The notes under the pieces are model-generated. The model saw only the letters and a program-made list of their open reading frames with translations, was not told the DNA's origin and searched no databases. The translations under genes and the position numbers were made by a program. From contig NW_021832829.1 in assembly GCF_006345805.1 (NCBI RefSeq), forward strand, positions 558,001 through 622,000: a stretch of DNA of 64,000 bases, read 5' to 3'. Positions 12,879 to 25,060 of this stretch are shown piece after piece; position 1 is the first letter of the stretch, and each line of letters starts with the position of its first letter. Source of the DNA: Octopus sinensis. Taxonomy: Eukaryota.

Positions 12879-13364
12879 ATGACTTGGTTTCTTACAATTA
12901 ACATAATTAGTTCATTAATTTTGACAAGTAGTTGCTGAATAATAATTATTTTAGTTGAAATGCTTTCCATGTTTATTCCCACAATAATGAATGTGCATAG
13001 ACAGTATCGTATAGTACAGTCAGAAACAGACCAAAAAATTAGAGAAATCAATGGAGAATATATCGCCGTACTTAACGTCGGAAATTATTCAGAAGTAAAC
13101 CTTATTCGGGACGAAATTAATTTTATCAAATACTGGGCCTCCTATTGGTCTCCGATTACATCTCAAAAATTTCATATGGGAACAAACATTGATAAAATCA
13201 GTCATTTTCCCACTGGAAATGATATTTTTATTGTTAGAATGTTATCATCAGCTAGTACTCCACATAATGTGAGAATATTTATTTCTCATACGAATTTTTT
13301 ATTTAATGGGGAACTTAATGTCACGGGAGAAGTAAATGTTAAATTCAAAAATTTGGAAGATTAG
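12879..13364 (+). CDS. Orphan, putatively secreted protein (possibly a truncated or pseudogenised family member)
   Basis: Hydrophobic first exon MTWFLTINIISSLILT joins the 134-aa ORF in frame through a 27-nt GT-AG intron (12928-12954). The frame continues past the stop with further stops. Confidence 0.45.
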
Positions 13365-13665
13365 TCACTGTAATCTGTAAGAGAAATTGCATCAAGTTAT
13401 TATAATTTAGTTCTTCAATGATTGAGAAATTATCAAGTTTTCATTGAGCAATAGTCTGAAAATTTTTTTCTATGAGAGATTTATTCTATGAACAGTTATA
13501 ATAAATCATTTTTGTCTAACGATTTACGGATGGTTGGTTTTGCTCTCTCTGGACAAATTATTCTCATCGAGGTATTCACAGAATATAATCCGACCTCCTA
13601 ATTTTTTTTTTATTTTTTTAATGAATCAGGCCATTTTATTATTAAAAAGGTTTTAGACGAGCTGT

Positions 13666-16600
13666 CTCGTCAACTTTGTTATCCTTAAAAGCTATTTGTG
13701 AGTCTATTGATTCGTCCAACCCAGGAGAGTGGATGTCATCTCTTTTGAACTATGTCAAAGATCGTCTCAAGCGAGTACCTAGGGGAGGGTGGCCACTTAT
13801 GGCCAGCTATTTTAATTCTAAATTTGGTAAGAAAAAATCGATATTCGAATTGAAAAAACTTGCTACTACTTTCCGCGGAAATAATGAAATCACCAAAACT
13901 GGACATAATATGAATAGAAAATTACCTGATTTGACACTGTACAACAAAATTTTTGAAGAATTATTAATTCAATTGATCAAAATAAATCAATACCAATCGA
14001 AGAAAGGAAGCAAACAAGAAAGATTCAATCTCAGCATGTAAATCATGAAGTGATTGAAATGATTAATAAAGCCCTAATTGAATACACGTCGAATAACATT
14101 CCTGCAAGTATTGAGGATATTTCGTCTTTGATATACTCAGCACAATGTGTATATCAACAGATATCAAGTAAATTGACATTCAAGTCGAATTGGAAACAAA
14201 AAATCCAAAATAAAATTGAATCTTTGATGGAGAATGATCGGTTAATATCAAAGCATTTTATGTCCACCACTAAAGATGAGGAACGGAAGAAAGCAGTAGA
14301 CATTCTCTGCTCCTACAATTATAAGAAGTCTAAAAGGGGGGAGTTTGAGAGAATATCGTCTACAATAAATGATCAAATCAAAATTCTAAACAAAAAGTTA
14401 TCAGTTTCAGATTCAAGAAGGCAATATGGAATAGATAATAGAAACTTCGAGTTGAACAGAAGATCGTTCTACAGAAGCTGAATCCCAATTCTGATAACAA
14501 ACAAATTGCTGGTTTTGACTCGTCTGAGTGTCTCAAGTTTTGGGGTGATGTTTGGAAGAAAAGGGATAAAACTGATTTGGGCCTTGGAGTGAACAAAAGA
14601 GTAACTGGAGTGGAAGATAATGCACCTGACGTTAGCGACGAGTTTATATCAAACTTAATTGAGTACCTTCCTAATTGGAAGGCTCCGGGATGTGATGCTG
14701 TGTACAATTTCTTTATCAAAAAGCTGGACTCTCTTCACAAATTTCTTTTCCAAGAGATCAGAAATATTATTAATGGTGTCAGTCAACCACAAGGATGGTT
14801 TTACACTGGAATTACATTTTTAATCCCAAAGAAAGCAAACTCTGTTGATCCGAAGGACCTTAGACCAATTACATGCATGCCGTGCTTATATAAATTGGTC
14901 ACAAAATGTGTGAACGAAAAAATCGCTGTATATGCTGATACTTACGATCTGATAACGGAGTTCCAGTTGGGATCTAAACGCCATTGCCAAGGAGCAAAGG
15001 AATTAGCGCTTCTAAATAGACGCGTTAATGAAGTTTATGGAAACAAATTATTATGTGCATGGATCGACGTAAAGAAAGCTTTTGACTCAGTGAGTCACGA
15101 ATTTCTTTTTGAAGTTTTGGAAAACTCAGGACTACCTAAATGGATAACGAAATTTATGATGTCAATAATTCCTAACTGGAGAGTGTCGTTAAGATTAGGA
15201 AAAGAGCTGCTTGGAACAGTTAATATTGATCGTGGTATACTCCAAGGTGACTCACTGTCACCACAGTTATTTGTATTGGTCTTGGATCCATTAAGCAGGA
15301 TTTTATCTTTAAAATATCCGAGTATGTCAATCAATACTGGTGAAGACAAGTCCTTAACCTTTTCTACCAATCATTTTCTATTCATCGATGATTTGAAGCT
15401 TTTTGCTCAGAAGGAAGAGACACTGGCACGCATGATGGAGGATGTGAACATTTACTTTAAACTGGCTGGTTTGGAGAAGAATTTTGAGAAATCAGCGACA
15501 AATTGTTATTTGTTGAGGAATGAAGCTACATTAATGGATGGACTAGATAGCTATCGCTATCTGGGGGTGCTAGAAGACAGATGCAGTAATGTTCTTAAAG
15601 AGGATGTACTCAAAAATATTAAAGAAGAAATGCAAAAGCGTATTGGAAGACTATCGGAAACTAAACTAAATGCAGTCAATCTATTTAGAGCAATTAATGA
15701 GCATGCTCTATCGCTGATTAACTATTATATCGGTCTACTCAATCTGGAACCATCTTGTTTCGAAGAAATGGACAAGTTTGTCAGAAAGCTGTTGGCTGAT
15801 TTGAAAATTCACATGAAGCCAGCCTGTAAAGAAAGACTGTATCTGCCAAGAGATACACTTGGAAGGGGACTTGTATCAGTTGCCTTTAAGGCGGAAAAAA
15901 TGCTGTTGGACTTCAAAACCAATTTGGAAAGGCGAAAGTTAATCTCCTTGAGAAAAGCAGCAATTTTGTGGGCCGAACAGAAAAGGAAAACCCATATGGC
16001 CACAATCACAGAATTCCTGCATTGTAAATATGGAACAACCACACTCGATGAGATTGCTAAATCACTACGTGACTTGCAGATAGAGTCACTGTTGCTTAGT
16101 ATTAAAAAGAAAAGGTTGCATTCGAAGCTATTTGAGTCGCTTGAGAATAATACTTTTGATATCCCAACATCTTCAACATGGCTAAAGAAAGGGAATATAT
16201 CTCCTAAATCTGAGGCAATGCTCTCTTTTCTTCAAGACAGAAACGTCTTTTTCAGAAACTCTGATGAAAAATGCCCACATTGTAAATCCTCGCCTAAAAC
16301 CGTGGACCATCTTGCGACGCGATGCAGTAGAATGCTAAATTCAGATTATACCAGAAGGCATAACGAGATTGTGAGGTGTGTTCACATGCACTTGTGTCGG
16401 AGATTTGGAATGAAGAAGTCCAAGAGACTGAAAAACCACTCCGTGCAAAGTATAATGTCGAATAGCTCTGCGGAAATTCGGGTCGATACTACAATTCCAA
16501 CTGAACTAAAAATACAATATAACAAGCCTGATATATTCCTGTATGACAAGAAGGAAAATTTGATATGGATCATTGAAGTGGGTGTTACCTCGATAGATAA

Positions 16601-17059
16601 TTTGAAATCGGTGGAAGTGGAAAAAATGCATAAATACGACATTCTAGCCAGTGAATTACAATTAATTCACAAGGCTAAGGTAAAGATTGTACCGATTGTC
16701 CTCACGTGAGATGGGATAGTCTCTACATTCTTCAGAAAATATATGGACCTTCTTAAAATCAAAGAAAGTGTGCAAGCATACATCCAGACTGTTGGTTTGA
16801 AAAAAACAATGGAAAGCATGATAGTAGAACACAAATTTGGCTTCGAAAATATGTCTACCTCAGGTAACTCATTTGACGAAGGACGGAAATCGGTGAAGAG
16901 ACGGCGAGATTCTGTAGTTTCCGCCGATGAAGGAAACAACTCCGAAGTGGGAACAGATAGCGGGAAGAGGATTCCGAGAGTAAACTTGGCGGAGCAAACT
17001 AATATGGAAAAGGAAAGTTAATTAGTTAATTAATTAAATTTCAAAATTTTCAATTTTCA
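13666..17059 (+). mobile_element. R4/Dong-like REL-type non-LTR retrotransposon, near intact
   Basis: RT (NWKAPGCD, LRPITCMP, WIDVKKAFDSV, RGILQGDSLSP, FIDDLK), CCHC (CPHC..HLATRC), RRHN and KPD/IEV REL motifs. 12-bp TSD TAGACGAGCTGT at 13654-13665 and 17060-17071. Two 1-nt frameshifts and one TGA (16707). Confidence 0.93.
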
Positions 17060-17094
17060 TAGACGAGCTGTAAAAAGCGCATATAATTAATTCG

Positions 17095-17190
17095 CAGCTG
17101 ACGACATAATCGAATAGGCATTGCCGCGAACAACGGCCAAACCTATTCTTTGTCGAATACGGCCAAACCTCCTAATTGGAACACCAAGTG
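17095..17190 (-). mobile_element. CRE-like 3' fragment
   Basis: Minus strand encodes RQRIGLAVVRGNAYSIMS. Confidence 0.65.
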
Positions 17191-17607
17191 CCTCAAAAAC
17201 AAGTGTTTTGTAAAACAGATTTTTAAATATCAAAAATCAATTTTGGAAAATAATTAATAAAATATTATTTTATTTTACTTACAATTTTATTTTCGACAAT
17301 TTTATAGTGCACCAAAATTTCCATAGTTTGTATCAATTTTCATTTTACTCTGACAAAATGACAGTCGGTAAAGAACACGAATAAGACATAAGTTCAAGAG
17401 ATGTACGTCACCACCTCAACCAAAAAAACAAAAAAACAGTCTACGGAGAGAATGTATAGAACACGCACAAGGGAGATTTAATTAACTTTATGTTTTTTCG
17501 AAAGTGCTCTCAATAATAATAAAATGACAGTCAAAAACAAAATGCCCCAAAATGCGGGGGTGCCCCACTCTTAGATTCTACCCTAATTCGGAGTCTGTAC
17601 CAAGTAA

Positions 17608-17785
17608 ATGATGTTCAAGAAATTATGGGTTTGTTTGTTCATTGTGGTTTTAATGCCCTTTTCAAAAACAATGAAATTCGACATTTTGTCAACATTGTTA
17701 TCCTCTATTGACTCATCCAACCAAGGAGAGTGGATTTCGTCTCTTTTAAACTGTATTAAAGATCGTCTTAAACAGGTATTTAGTC
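17608..17785 (+). mobile_element. 5' fragment related to the R4-like element at 13666
   Basis: SIDSSNQGEWISSLLNCIKDRLKQV versus SIDSSNPGEWMSSLLNYVKDRLKRV. Confidence 0.7.
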
Positions 17786-17849
17786 GCGTGTTGTTAACTA
17801 TGTTTTTTTGCCCAGCAAATTGAAACCTGCTGTTCATCTTTTGTTCATT

Positions 17850-19200
17850 CAGAGGTCAACTCTAAATGGCTATCTGTCTCTCTTAGCAAGTCAAAGCAAA
17901 CTCCTCCAGGGTGATATGTCTGAAGCGGTGCGCATTGTTTCGTTAAACTCTTTTGTGGATCCTTAATGTGATACTGTTCTATACAAACTCCACAGGACAC
18001 ACCCTCTCAACCCTGCCGACATCTTTGTAATACCGCTAATAGATCAGGTTCCGCCTATCTCGATAACCTCGTCGAAAATCTCGGCCTTTCTTGGGTTTTT
18101 AGCGTCTACCAGCAGTGGTGTGATAGACGACTTAAAGCCCATTCATTTCCACGATCTCATGTCCTCGATAACCCACAAACCCGGAAGAGATCTGATATCT
18201 TAAATCACTCGCCTTTGTTCCCATGTTGCTTCGAGCGCAATTCCAGCTGCCGCCAGAGAGCTTTTCTCTGCAGGGTTCATTGCCTTGTCGAAAGCTGATG
18301 ATGGCGTGAAGCTTATCGCGTTTGGTAACGTCTTCAGGAGACTTCTGTCAAAATAATGTCCCGCAGAGTGGTCCCCATCCTGAGTTCAGAGTTCCTTCCG
18401 TACCAGTACGGTGTCGATATCAAAGGTGCATGTAAAATTCTTGCGCACGGCACTCGCCAACTTTTCCACTCAAAGTCCGAATACTGCAAGTTCATCTTAA
18501 AGCTGGGACGTTAGTAACGCTTTTAACTGCGTTCTCCCGGGCCACCTGCTCAAAGTGGTCTCAGTCCGTCGCCCAGAGCTCTTCTCAATTGTTAAATTGA
18601 AATATTTCTCTCCAAACTGCCTTTTGAATCACGACCAAATTATTATATCTGAATGTGGTATTTAGCAGGGTGACCTACTGGGCCCACTGCTGTTAGCCCC
18701 CTCTGTTGACAATATTGCACGCAACCTTTTTCCCAATGTTAACTTCTGTTACCTGAAGTAACGATCGGGGGACCCACAGAAGTTGTTATGGAGGACGTTA
18801 ATTGAATCACTTCTGTAAGCTTACCTCACAGCTAGCTTTGTCTTCCTGAAAAATTTCTTTTTGTTCCGAGACCTTCGTTCTTCCCCACTGATTTCTTATT
18901 TAGAATCGACAATTTACTCCACAAATCCTTAATATACCATTTCAAAACAAGGTTCACTGGCGACATTTTTACCCGTGCCACCATACCTACGCATTTTGAG
19001 AAGATCGAAATTTGCTCTTGTAGGGACCTGGCCCTGTCTTGCTATCTTTCTTTCATTTCGGCTTCCAGGAATTCTTTTTTCTCAGTTTTATTTCTCTCTC
19101 GAACCCAAAAAGCGTTCGGAATACCCATCCGTCTGCCGTGTTTGATGCTCACTTAGCCATGGTTTTTTTGCGACTCTTTAGTGCAGGTAAAATGGGATTC
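17850..19200 (+). mobile_element. Highly degenerate CRE-like RT
   Basis: Remnants IALSKADDGVKLIAFGNVFRRL, QYGV, DVSNAFN, GI*QGDLLGPLL. Confidence 0.7.
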
Positions 19201-19789
19201 AAAAGTTTTTAAATATAAAAAAATTGAGCAAATTATTTGCCGTTAGGTTGTTTCTAAAGCAAGTTTACTTTTAATGCAAACCCAACAGGGCTTGAGTGTG
19301 AATGGAAAATGCAAAGCATCATTGCATCATCCACTTATTGTATACGGCAGCTGGCCTTTTTGGAAAATGATAAAATCTGCTTCCTTTTTTTATCTAGATG
19401 TCAAAAATGCATTGAATTCTACTTGACGAGATCATATCTCAGAATCTGTCCGTCTTTGCCTTCCCTTATTATATCCCATTGTGAATCTATCATATGCCTC
19501 CCCAAGTTGTCTCCTATTTGCTGGTACCGTTATTGTATCATTTTAACTTTATTTATAAGTAAAGACATCGATATTAGGGAATCCAATGAATATCTATACC
19601 ATTTTCAAGTTAATTTGTCAAAAAAAAATTTGTCAATTATGAACTTAAATTTGTTAATTACAAACTTCAAATATCATCTGCAAAACTCAAATTTACCATT
19701 TTGAAATTCAATTTTGCATTTTATCAAAATATTAGAATAGAATAGTATTTATTGACCGAAAAGAAAAGAAAAACAAGGAAGAAATCATT

Positions 19790-20420
19790 AACGGGGAGAT
19801 AAAAACAAGACACCGAAGTGTCTCTTTCCATGCGTATCCCCAATTGTAGTCATAGTTGACAACGATTCTCCAAGACCATGAGTCTTTTAACCTTCCGTCA
19901 AGTTGTACTCCGTAAACCAATTTCATAGCGAAACGTCTTGTCTTTTCCAACTGTTCGATCAGGTAGTCACTCTCCTCCGTACCGTACCAGCCCTCGTAGC
20001 CATATGTGAGGACTGGCTGCACAACGAGATGTATACGTGGATGTACGTTTCCGGATCCAGATGGAACCTGGTTAAGCTTTTGAGAATCCTCACACTCCTC
20101 TTTCTCTGATTTGCTATATGATCTGCGTACGAGCCACGACAATTGATGGTTGCTCCCAGGTAATAAAGATTTTTGCTTTTCGAGAGATCCATCACATAAC
20201 TACTCATCGCATATGCACACGACTCCGCATAGCGACTCCCTCTCCGCAACCATGAAATGGTACTCTTCTCCGGTGCTAGGGTCAAACCCTTCTCTATAGT
20301 CCACATCTTTAGCTTTGCAATGTATGATTTAAGTCGTCTCCAAGACTGCGATATCCTTTTCGAGGTATCCATGACCAGGATATCGTCAGCATAGATGACG
20401 AGCTTGCCAACCAGGCTACG
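19790..20420 (-). mobile_element. Non-LTR RT C-terminal fragment; related fragment at ~54280-54480 (+)
   Basis: VIYADDILV, LTLAPEKS, YLGATIN, VQPVLTYGYEGW. IEQLEKT...QLDGRLKDS is shared with the 54.3-kb copy. Confidence 0.75.
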
Positions 20421-21250
20421 TGCGGGAAATCAGTCCAAACGCCAAAGTGACAAGCTTCCTAACTGCCTAGTCAATAGAGTTCAAAGAAACTCTATTTCTC
20501 TAATGCCTAAACATTTCAAAGGCTTTCGACAGCCATTGGTATCGGAACCTGTTGGATAGGGTACAAATCTGTAAGCCAACAGGAGAAGCTCTGAGTGCGG
20601 TGCTTCCTCTCGAACAGCAACTCATTTGTTTCTGAATCTGGCTTCCATACAAGAAACATCACGCTCCGAAAAGGGGGGTGCTGCAAGGATCTTTTTTTAG
20701 TCCACCTCTATTCAACTTGGTAATAAGCAGTTTCCCTTCACCATTCGACGACTTTCTTCCTATACGCTGACGAAGTTCTCGTCCTGGACATCTCAAAGGA
20801 CACAAAAGCGTCGATAAACGGTTTTACAGTTACATTGAGGTGATAAAGTGGTGGTGCATCAATAAGCGACCCTGCTGGCCATGGAAAAATCGGCCTACCT
20901 CCAAATCAACGAAAGAAACTGAGCACATCAAAAACCTCGGCCCATGGTGAAAATTACTTGCCCTAACTGTTTACAGTACTTGGGAGTCACAATCGATGCT
21001 AAATAAGATAATTCTAATGAAATCGAAAAGATACGGCGCTATGCGCAGAAGCTAGCCTATAGGTTAGATCTACGAAGGTAATTCTACCCCCGGCGCGGGC
21101 GATCTTCCTCGGGTGTGCATCCACCTCTGAAGACGATTTACCAGTACCTAAAGTGTTAGAGACTGGACGGTACATGAAGCGACACGTTTAGGTTTCCCCA
21201 CGGTACGCCAGCCGCCCTAACAGGTTACCTGAGTAGGTTTCACATCACCT
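20420..21250 (+). mobile_element. Degenerate non-LTR RT fragment
   Basis: Remnants ISKAFDS, QGSFFSPPLFN, YADE, QYLGVTID. Confidence 0.6.
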
Positions 21251-21379
21251 CCTGTTCGCGATCGTTTTGCACCACTTTTTTCTCCTTTAATATTCTTATT
21301 TTTGTGCACCACAGGGAACACAACCATTATCGCAAAACGAATGAAAATTTTTATTTTAAAAAGGCTGTTAGTAGAGGGT

Positions 21380-21700
21380 AGATTAAGATGCAAACAGATT
21401 GAGAACGTTCTCTCTCAAAAGCCAACGAACTTTGTTGTATTGAAGAAGATCAGTATACTCATTGTTGGTTTCGTTTAACAAATCTTTAAATAGCCAATGT
21501 TTAAGTTCCTCGAATATATAATAAATAATATATTACTCATGATATAATTAAGTTAGTAATCTTTATGACCGATTCCATCACTTCTAAAATTTCTTTTGGA
21601 AACGTTTGTGGAGATAGTGCTTCTTGGTGGATAATACAATGTAGAGTAATCACTTCATAGTCAATTCTCTTTTTAATTAGCGTCAACGATTTTATTAAGA
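21380..21700 (-). mobile_element. hAT transposase fragment
   Basis: LHCIIHQEAL and YNKVRWL motifs. Confidence 0.65.
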
Positions 21701-22139
21701 GAAATAAAATTTGTTTTAAAATATCCTACGACTGCACCAACAAGATTTTTACCACGGGTTTGACACAAGAAAATCATGGAGGGAATGGCCACTGAACATA
21801 GACATGGCAAGAGGGTTGACAACCATTAAGTTTCGAAGGAGACGAATAGTCTTATCGCTAGGAGAAAAGAACTGGGAATGTCAGTAAACCCATCAGAGGA
21901 GTTGATTCTCTTACTACAATAAAAAAAGAAGAGATGTCAATACGTAAAATTTCAGCGAAGTAGCTCTCCTAAAAGAAGAAACATTAGAGTCCAACTAAAG
22001 ATTATTAGAGTCTAATGGTTAGATTTTCGTATTTCTTAATAAACACACATTTTCAATTGGTCATGTTTTTTTTGAACAGACTGTATATGCTCGTGCATAT
22101 ATTCGTGCTCAGTTGAAAGATGTTTCTCTGAGATAAAAA

Positions 22140-23420
22140 AATTGGTGTTAAAAAAGAGGCTTTTCCTTTTTATGCCCCAGCGACCCTCAATGGTTGCATT
22201 TATATCTCGCCGACATATTTGTTTCATAACCTATTTATCTTTACCCGTATCATTTTATAGTTGCATGAAAGCAGGGTTTATGGACTGCTATCTATATGGC
22301 CATAAGTAGTTTACTTTAAATTATAAGTAATAAAGCTCCCCTTCAACGAACTCTCTCTGGAGTTGCCGACTGCCGACCTTCTGGAATTCTGGACTGACCT
22401 ACCCCTCCCGTCGACATGTCTGTGCAACGGGAATGGGATGAAATCTGGGCCGCCGACTCGTTTTCGAAGATGAAACCAGAGCTAGACCAACACCGGCTAG
22501 CGTGCCTGCTTTCGGCAGCACACGAGCATAGTGGATCCTGGCTCGACGCTTACCCAACGTCATCGACGGGTTCGCTATTGGACAACGAAACACTGCGCAT
22601 CGGGGTCGCTCTTCGGCTGGGGCTCGATGTCTGCGCCTCTCATCCCTGTCGATGCGGAGGTACGGTGGACGTGAAAGGCCTTCACCCCCTCTCCTGCCGC
22701 CGGAGCGCAGGCCGCTCGCCTCGCCATGGAGCAATCAACGACGTAATCTCAAGAGCTCTCAACGCTGCTGGCTTCCCCAACGTGCTTGAACCAGTTGGAT
22801 TGGACAGGGGGGACGGCAAACGCCCGGACGGGATGACCACCTTCCCATTCCGGAATAGCAATTTCCTGATCTGGGACGCCACGTGCGCAGACACGTGGTC
22901 CCCATCCGCTCTACCGTCATCTGCTTCTTCTTCCGGCTCGGTCGCGGCCGTGGCGGAAGCCCGCAAAGTAGAAAAGTACAAGAATCTTGCCACTCGGCAT
23001 TCCTTCGTGCCTGTGGCTCTTGAGACATCAGGCGCTTCCGGCCCGCAGACCTCATGCTTCCTAAAAGACCTCGGTATCCTCATCGCTCGGAAGAAGATGG
23101 ATGCTCGCGAGTCCTCTTGGTTGAGGCAAAGGATCTCACTCACAATCGTGCGCGGGAACGCGCAAGCAATCCGTTCGGCTGGGTTAATTAGTTAACTGCA
23201 ATTGTTTTGTTATTTTATTTTATTTTTAAAAAAAAAAAGTAATAAAGCTAATCAATGAATATTTTAGTCTGCACAATATTTTAATTAATTCGTCGATCAT
23301 TACTTAATTCTAAAAAAATTCTGTTCACATTTTCCCATGCTCAGTGACGTTTGATTCTGCCCAGATATTAGAATAAAGGTTTCTTATCTATATTCCCCGT
23401 TTGTGACAGCGTGCCTTCTA
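22140..23420. repeat. Dispersed duplication with 25201-25575; this copy is interrupted by a CRE insertion
   Basis: Shared blocks such as TGGTGTTAAAAAAGAGGC, TTTACTTTAAATTATAAGTAA and CAGTGACGTTTGATTCTGC...GTTTGTGACAGCGTGCCTTCTA. Confidence 0.85.
22338..23236 (+). mobile_element. 5'-truncated young CRE-like insertion (uninterrupted 259-aa REL region, poly(A), 13-bp TSD)
   Basis: ORF 22416-23195 with CRCG/HPLSC/RH/KRPDG/WDATC. A-tail. TSD AAGTAATAAAGCT at 22325-22337 and 23237-23249. Confidence 0.92.
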
Positions 23421-23593
23421 TAACGATTTCATTCATTTAATTAACTGTTCGTGATAAACAAAAAATGATCTTGAATGAGTTAGCAGCATTAACAGATTTT
23501 GAAAAACACTTTAAAAGTTATTTAATTTGTATATGTAACAAAAATTATTTGTGTTTTTATTTTATTTTTTTAATAAAAACAAAGAAATAGAAG

Positions 23594-24850
23594 AAACACC
23601 TTACGGAAACTTTGGGATTAGTTACACTGAACCGAATCTTGCTAAACACCTTACGGAAACTTTGGGATTAGTTACACTGAACCGAATAAGAGAACAAGTG
23701 GACAACTATCTATCCCCGAGTCATAGTGGATTTAGGACAGGAAAGATCCACCGCCGATGCTGTCTGGGCCCACAAGTGGTACTGCGCTATCACCCAGAGA
23801 TACAAAAGGTGCAACAACAGTCCTGGGAATAGACCTGTCTAGGGCCTTTGACACGGTACGCCGTGGTCTACTCCTCAAAATACTGGAACAATTCCTGGAC
23901 CTGACTCTGTCAATATGAAGAGTAACTACTATCGAACACAAAGCTCAAGGTGCGGGTCGGCACGGCGTTTTCCCGTGAATTCACGTGCAACGTCGGTACC
24001 CTCAGGGAGACGCCCTCGCCGTTGCTATTCGTGATCTATCTGGAGACGGCACTACGAGACCTTCGAAATTCCTATGCTGGCAATATCGTCGAAATTGTAT
24101 ATGCAGATGACGTCGACTTCGTGTCAGACGACAAATCGGCTTACTTCGACTCTTGAAGTGGCACCTGCTGAGCTGAACAGATGGTTCCTTAAAATGAACG
24201 TTGGAAAAACTGACATCGTTGAAATCATGAGGATGGAGAGCAGCTCAAGTGAACCTGGCGCAAAACGAACAAACTCGGTCTCTACTTGGGGACGGCCATG
24301 ATATTGTCAGAAGAAAGGCTCTCGCTTGGGCCACGATGAACAAGATAAAGAAAGAGTGGATCGGCAAACGACGACTCTGTACGTCACTTCGTCTGAGGAT
24401 GTATGAAGCCTTTGTCAAACCAATCCTGACATATAATTCGGCGACCTGGGTAATGTCTAGTACTGAACAACGTGGACCTCGATTCTTTTCACCGCAGGCA
24501 ACTTAGATCCCTACTGGATTGAACGGCCTATAAGAATCAACCAGGAATCGCTATACAATAGATGCAGAACTGGCCCTTGGTGTGGAAATCGTCAATATGC
24601 GGTGGAGGTTATTTGGCCATATTCAACGAATGGACATGCTTGCCCCAGCTAACATAGCAATGGAGGGCTACTTCCTGAAGAGGGATCGAGCTTCCGTGGA
24701 CGTCCACGTGTTTACGCTGCCGGAAACACTTGACGGAGACCTGAAATGTGTGAAGAAAAGGCTAAGGAGTGGTGAGGATCTGGACGAGCTGAGGAAACTC
24801 GCTCACGACAGAGGAGGTTGGAGGGAGGCTGTTCGAAGGATTGTTTTTTA
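23594..24850 (+). mobile_element. 5'-truncated RTE-clade LINE, frameshifted; 44-bp direct repeat at the 5' junction
   Basis: SGFRTG, LGIDLSRAFDTV, PLLFVIYLE, YADDVDF, LRLRMYEAFVKPILTYNSATW, RWRLFGHIQRM, LAHDRGGWR. Repeat at 23594-23637 and 23644-23687. Confidence 0.85.
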
Positions 24851-24899
24851 ATGCTGCACGAGTAAAATTATAACTAATATGATTTTTACGTATGTTGCA

Positions 24900-25060
24900 A
24901 ATAATAATAATAATAATAGAAGAAAAGCGTAAATTGCCAGCGGCAAGGACGCAGTGTGCGTTGCCGCGAACAATGGCCAGACCGATGCGCTGGCGGAACC
25001 AGAGGCCTTCTCTCGGGTCCTTGAGCTTCCTCCCAATGGACTGCCCGACCTCGTCGAGGA
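24900..25060 (-). mobile_element. CRE-like 3' fragment with (TAT)n tail
   Basis: DPREGLWFRQRIGLAIVRGNAHCV, then TATTATTATTATT on the minus strand. Confidence 0.75.

Noticed and set aside
19309-19704. 131-aa ORF (also 36286-36648)
   Set aside because: Low-complexity AT-rich translations with no motifs or splice support; likely chance ORFs.
23594-23687. Direct repeats as a CRISPR array (also 63863-64000)
   Set aside because: Only two units each, unsuitable spacing, eukaryotic context and no cas genes.
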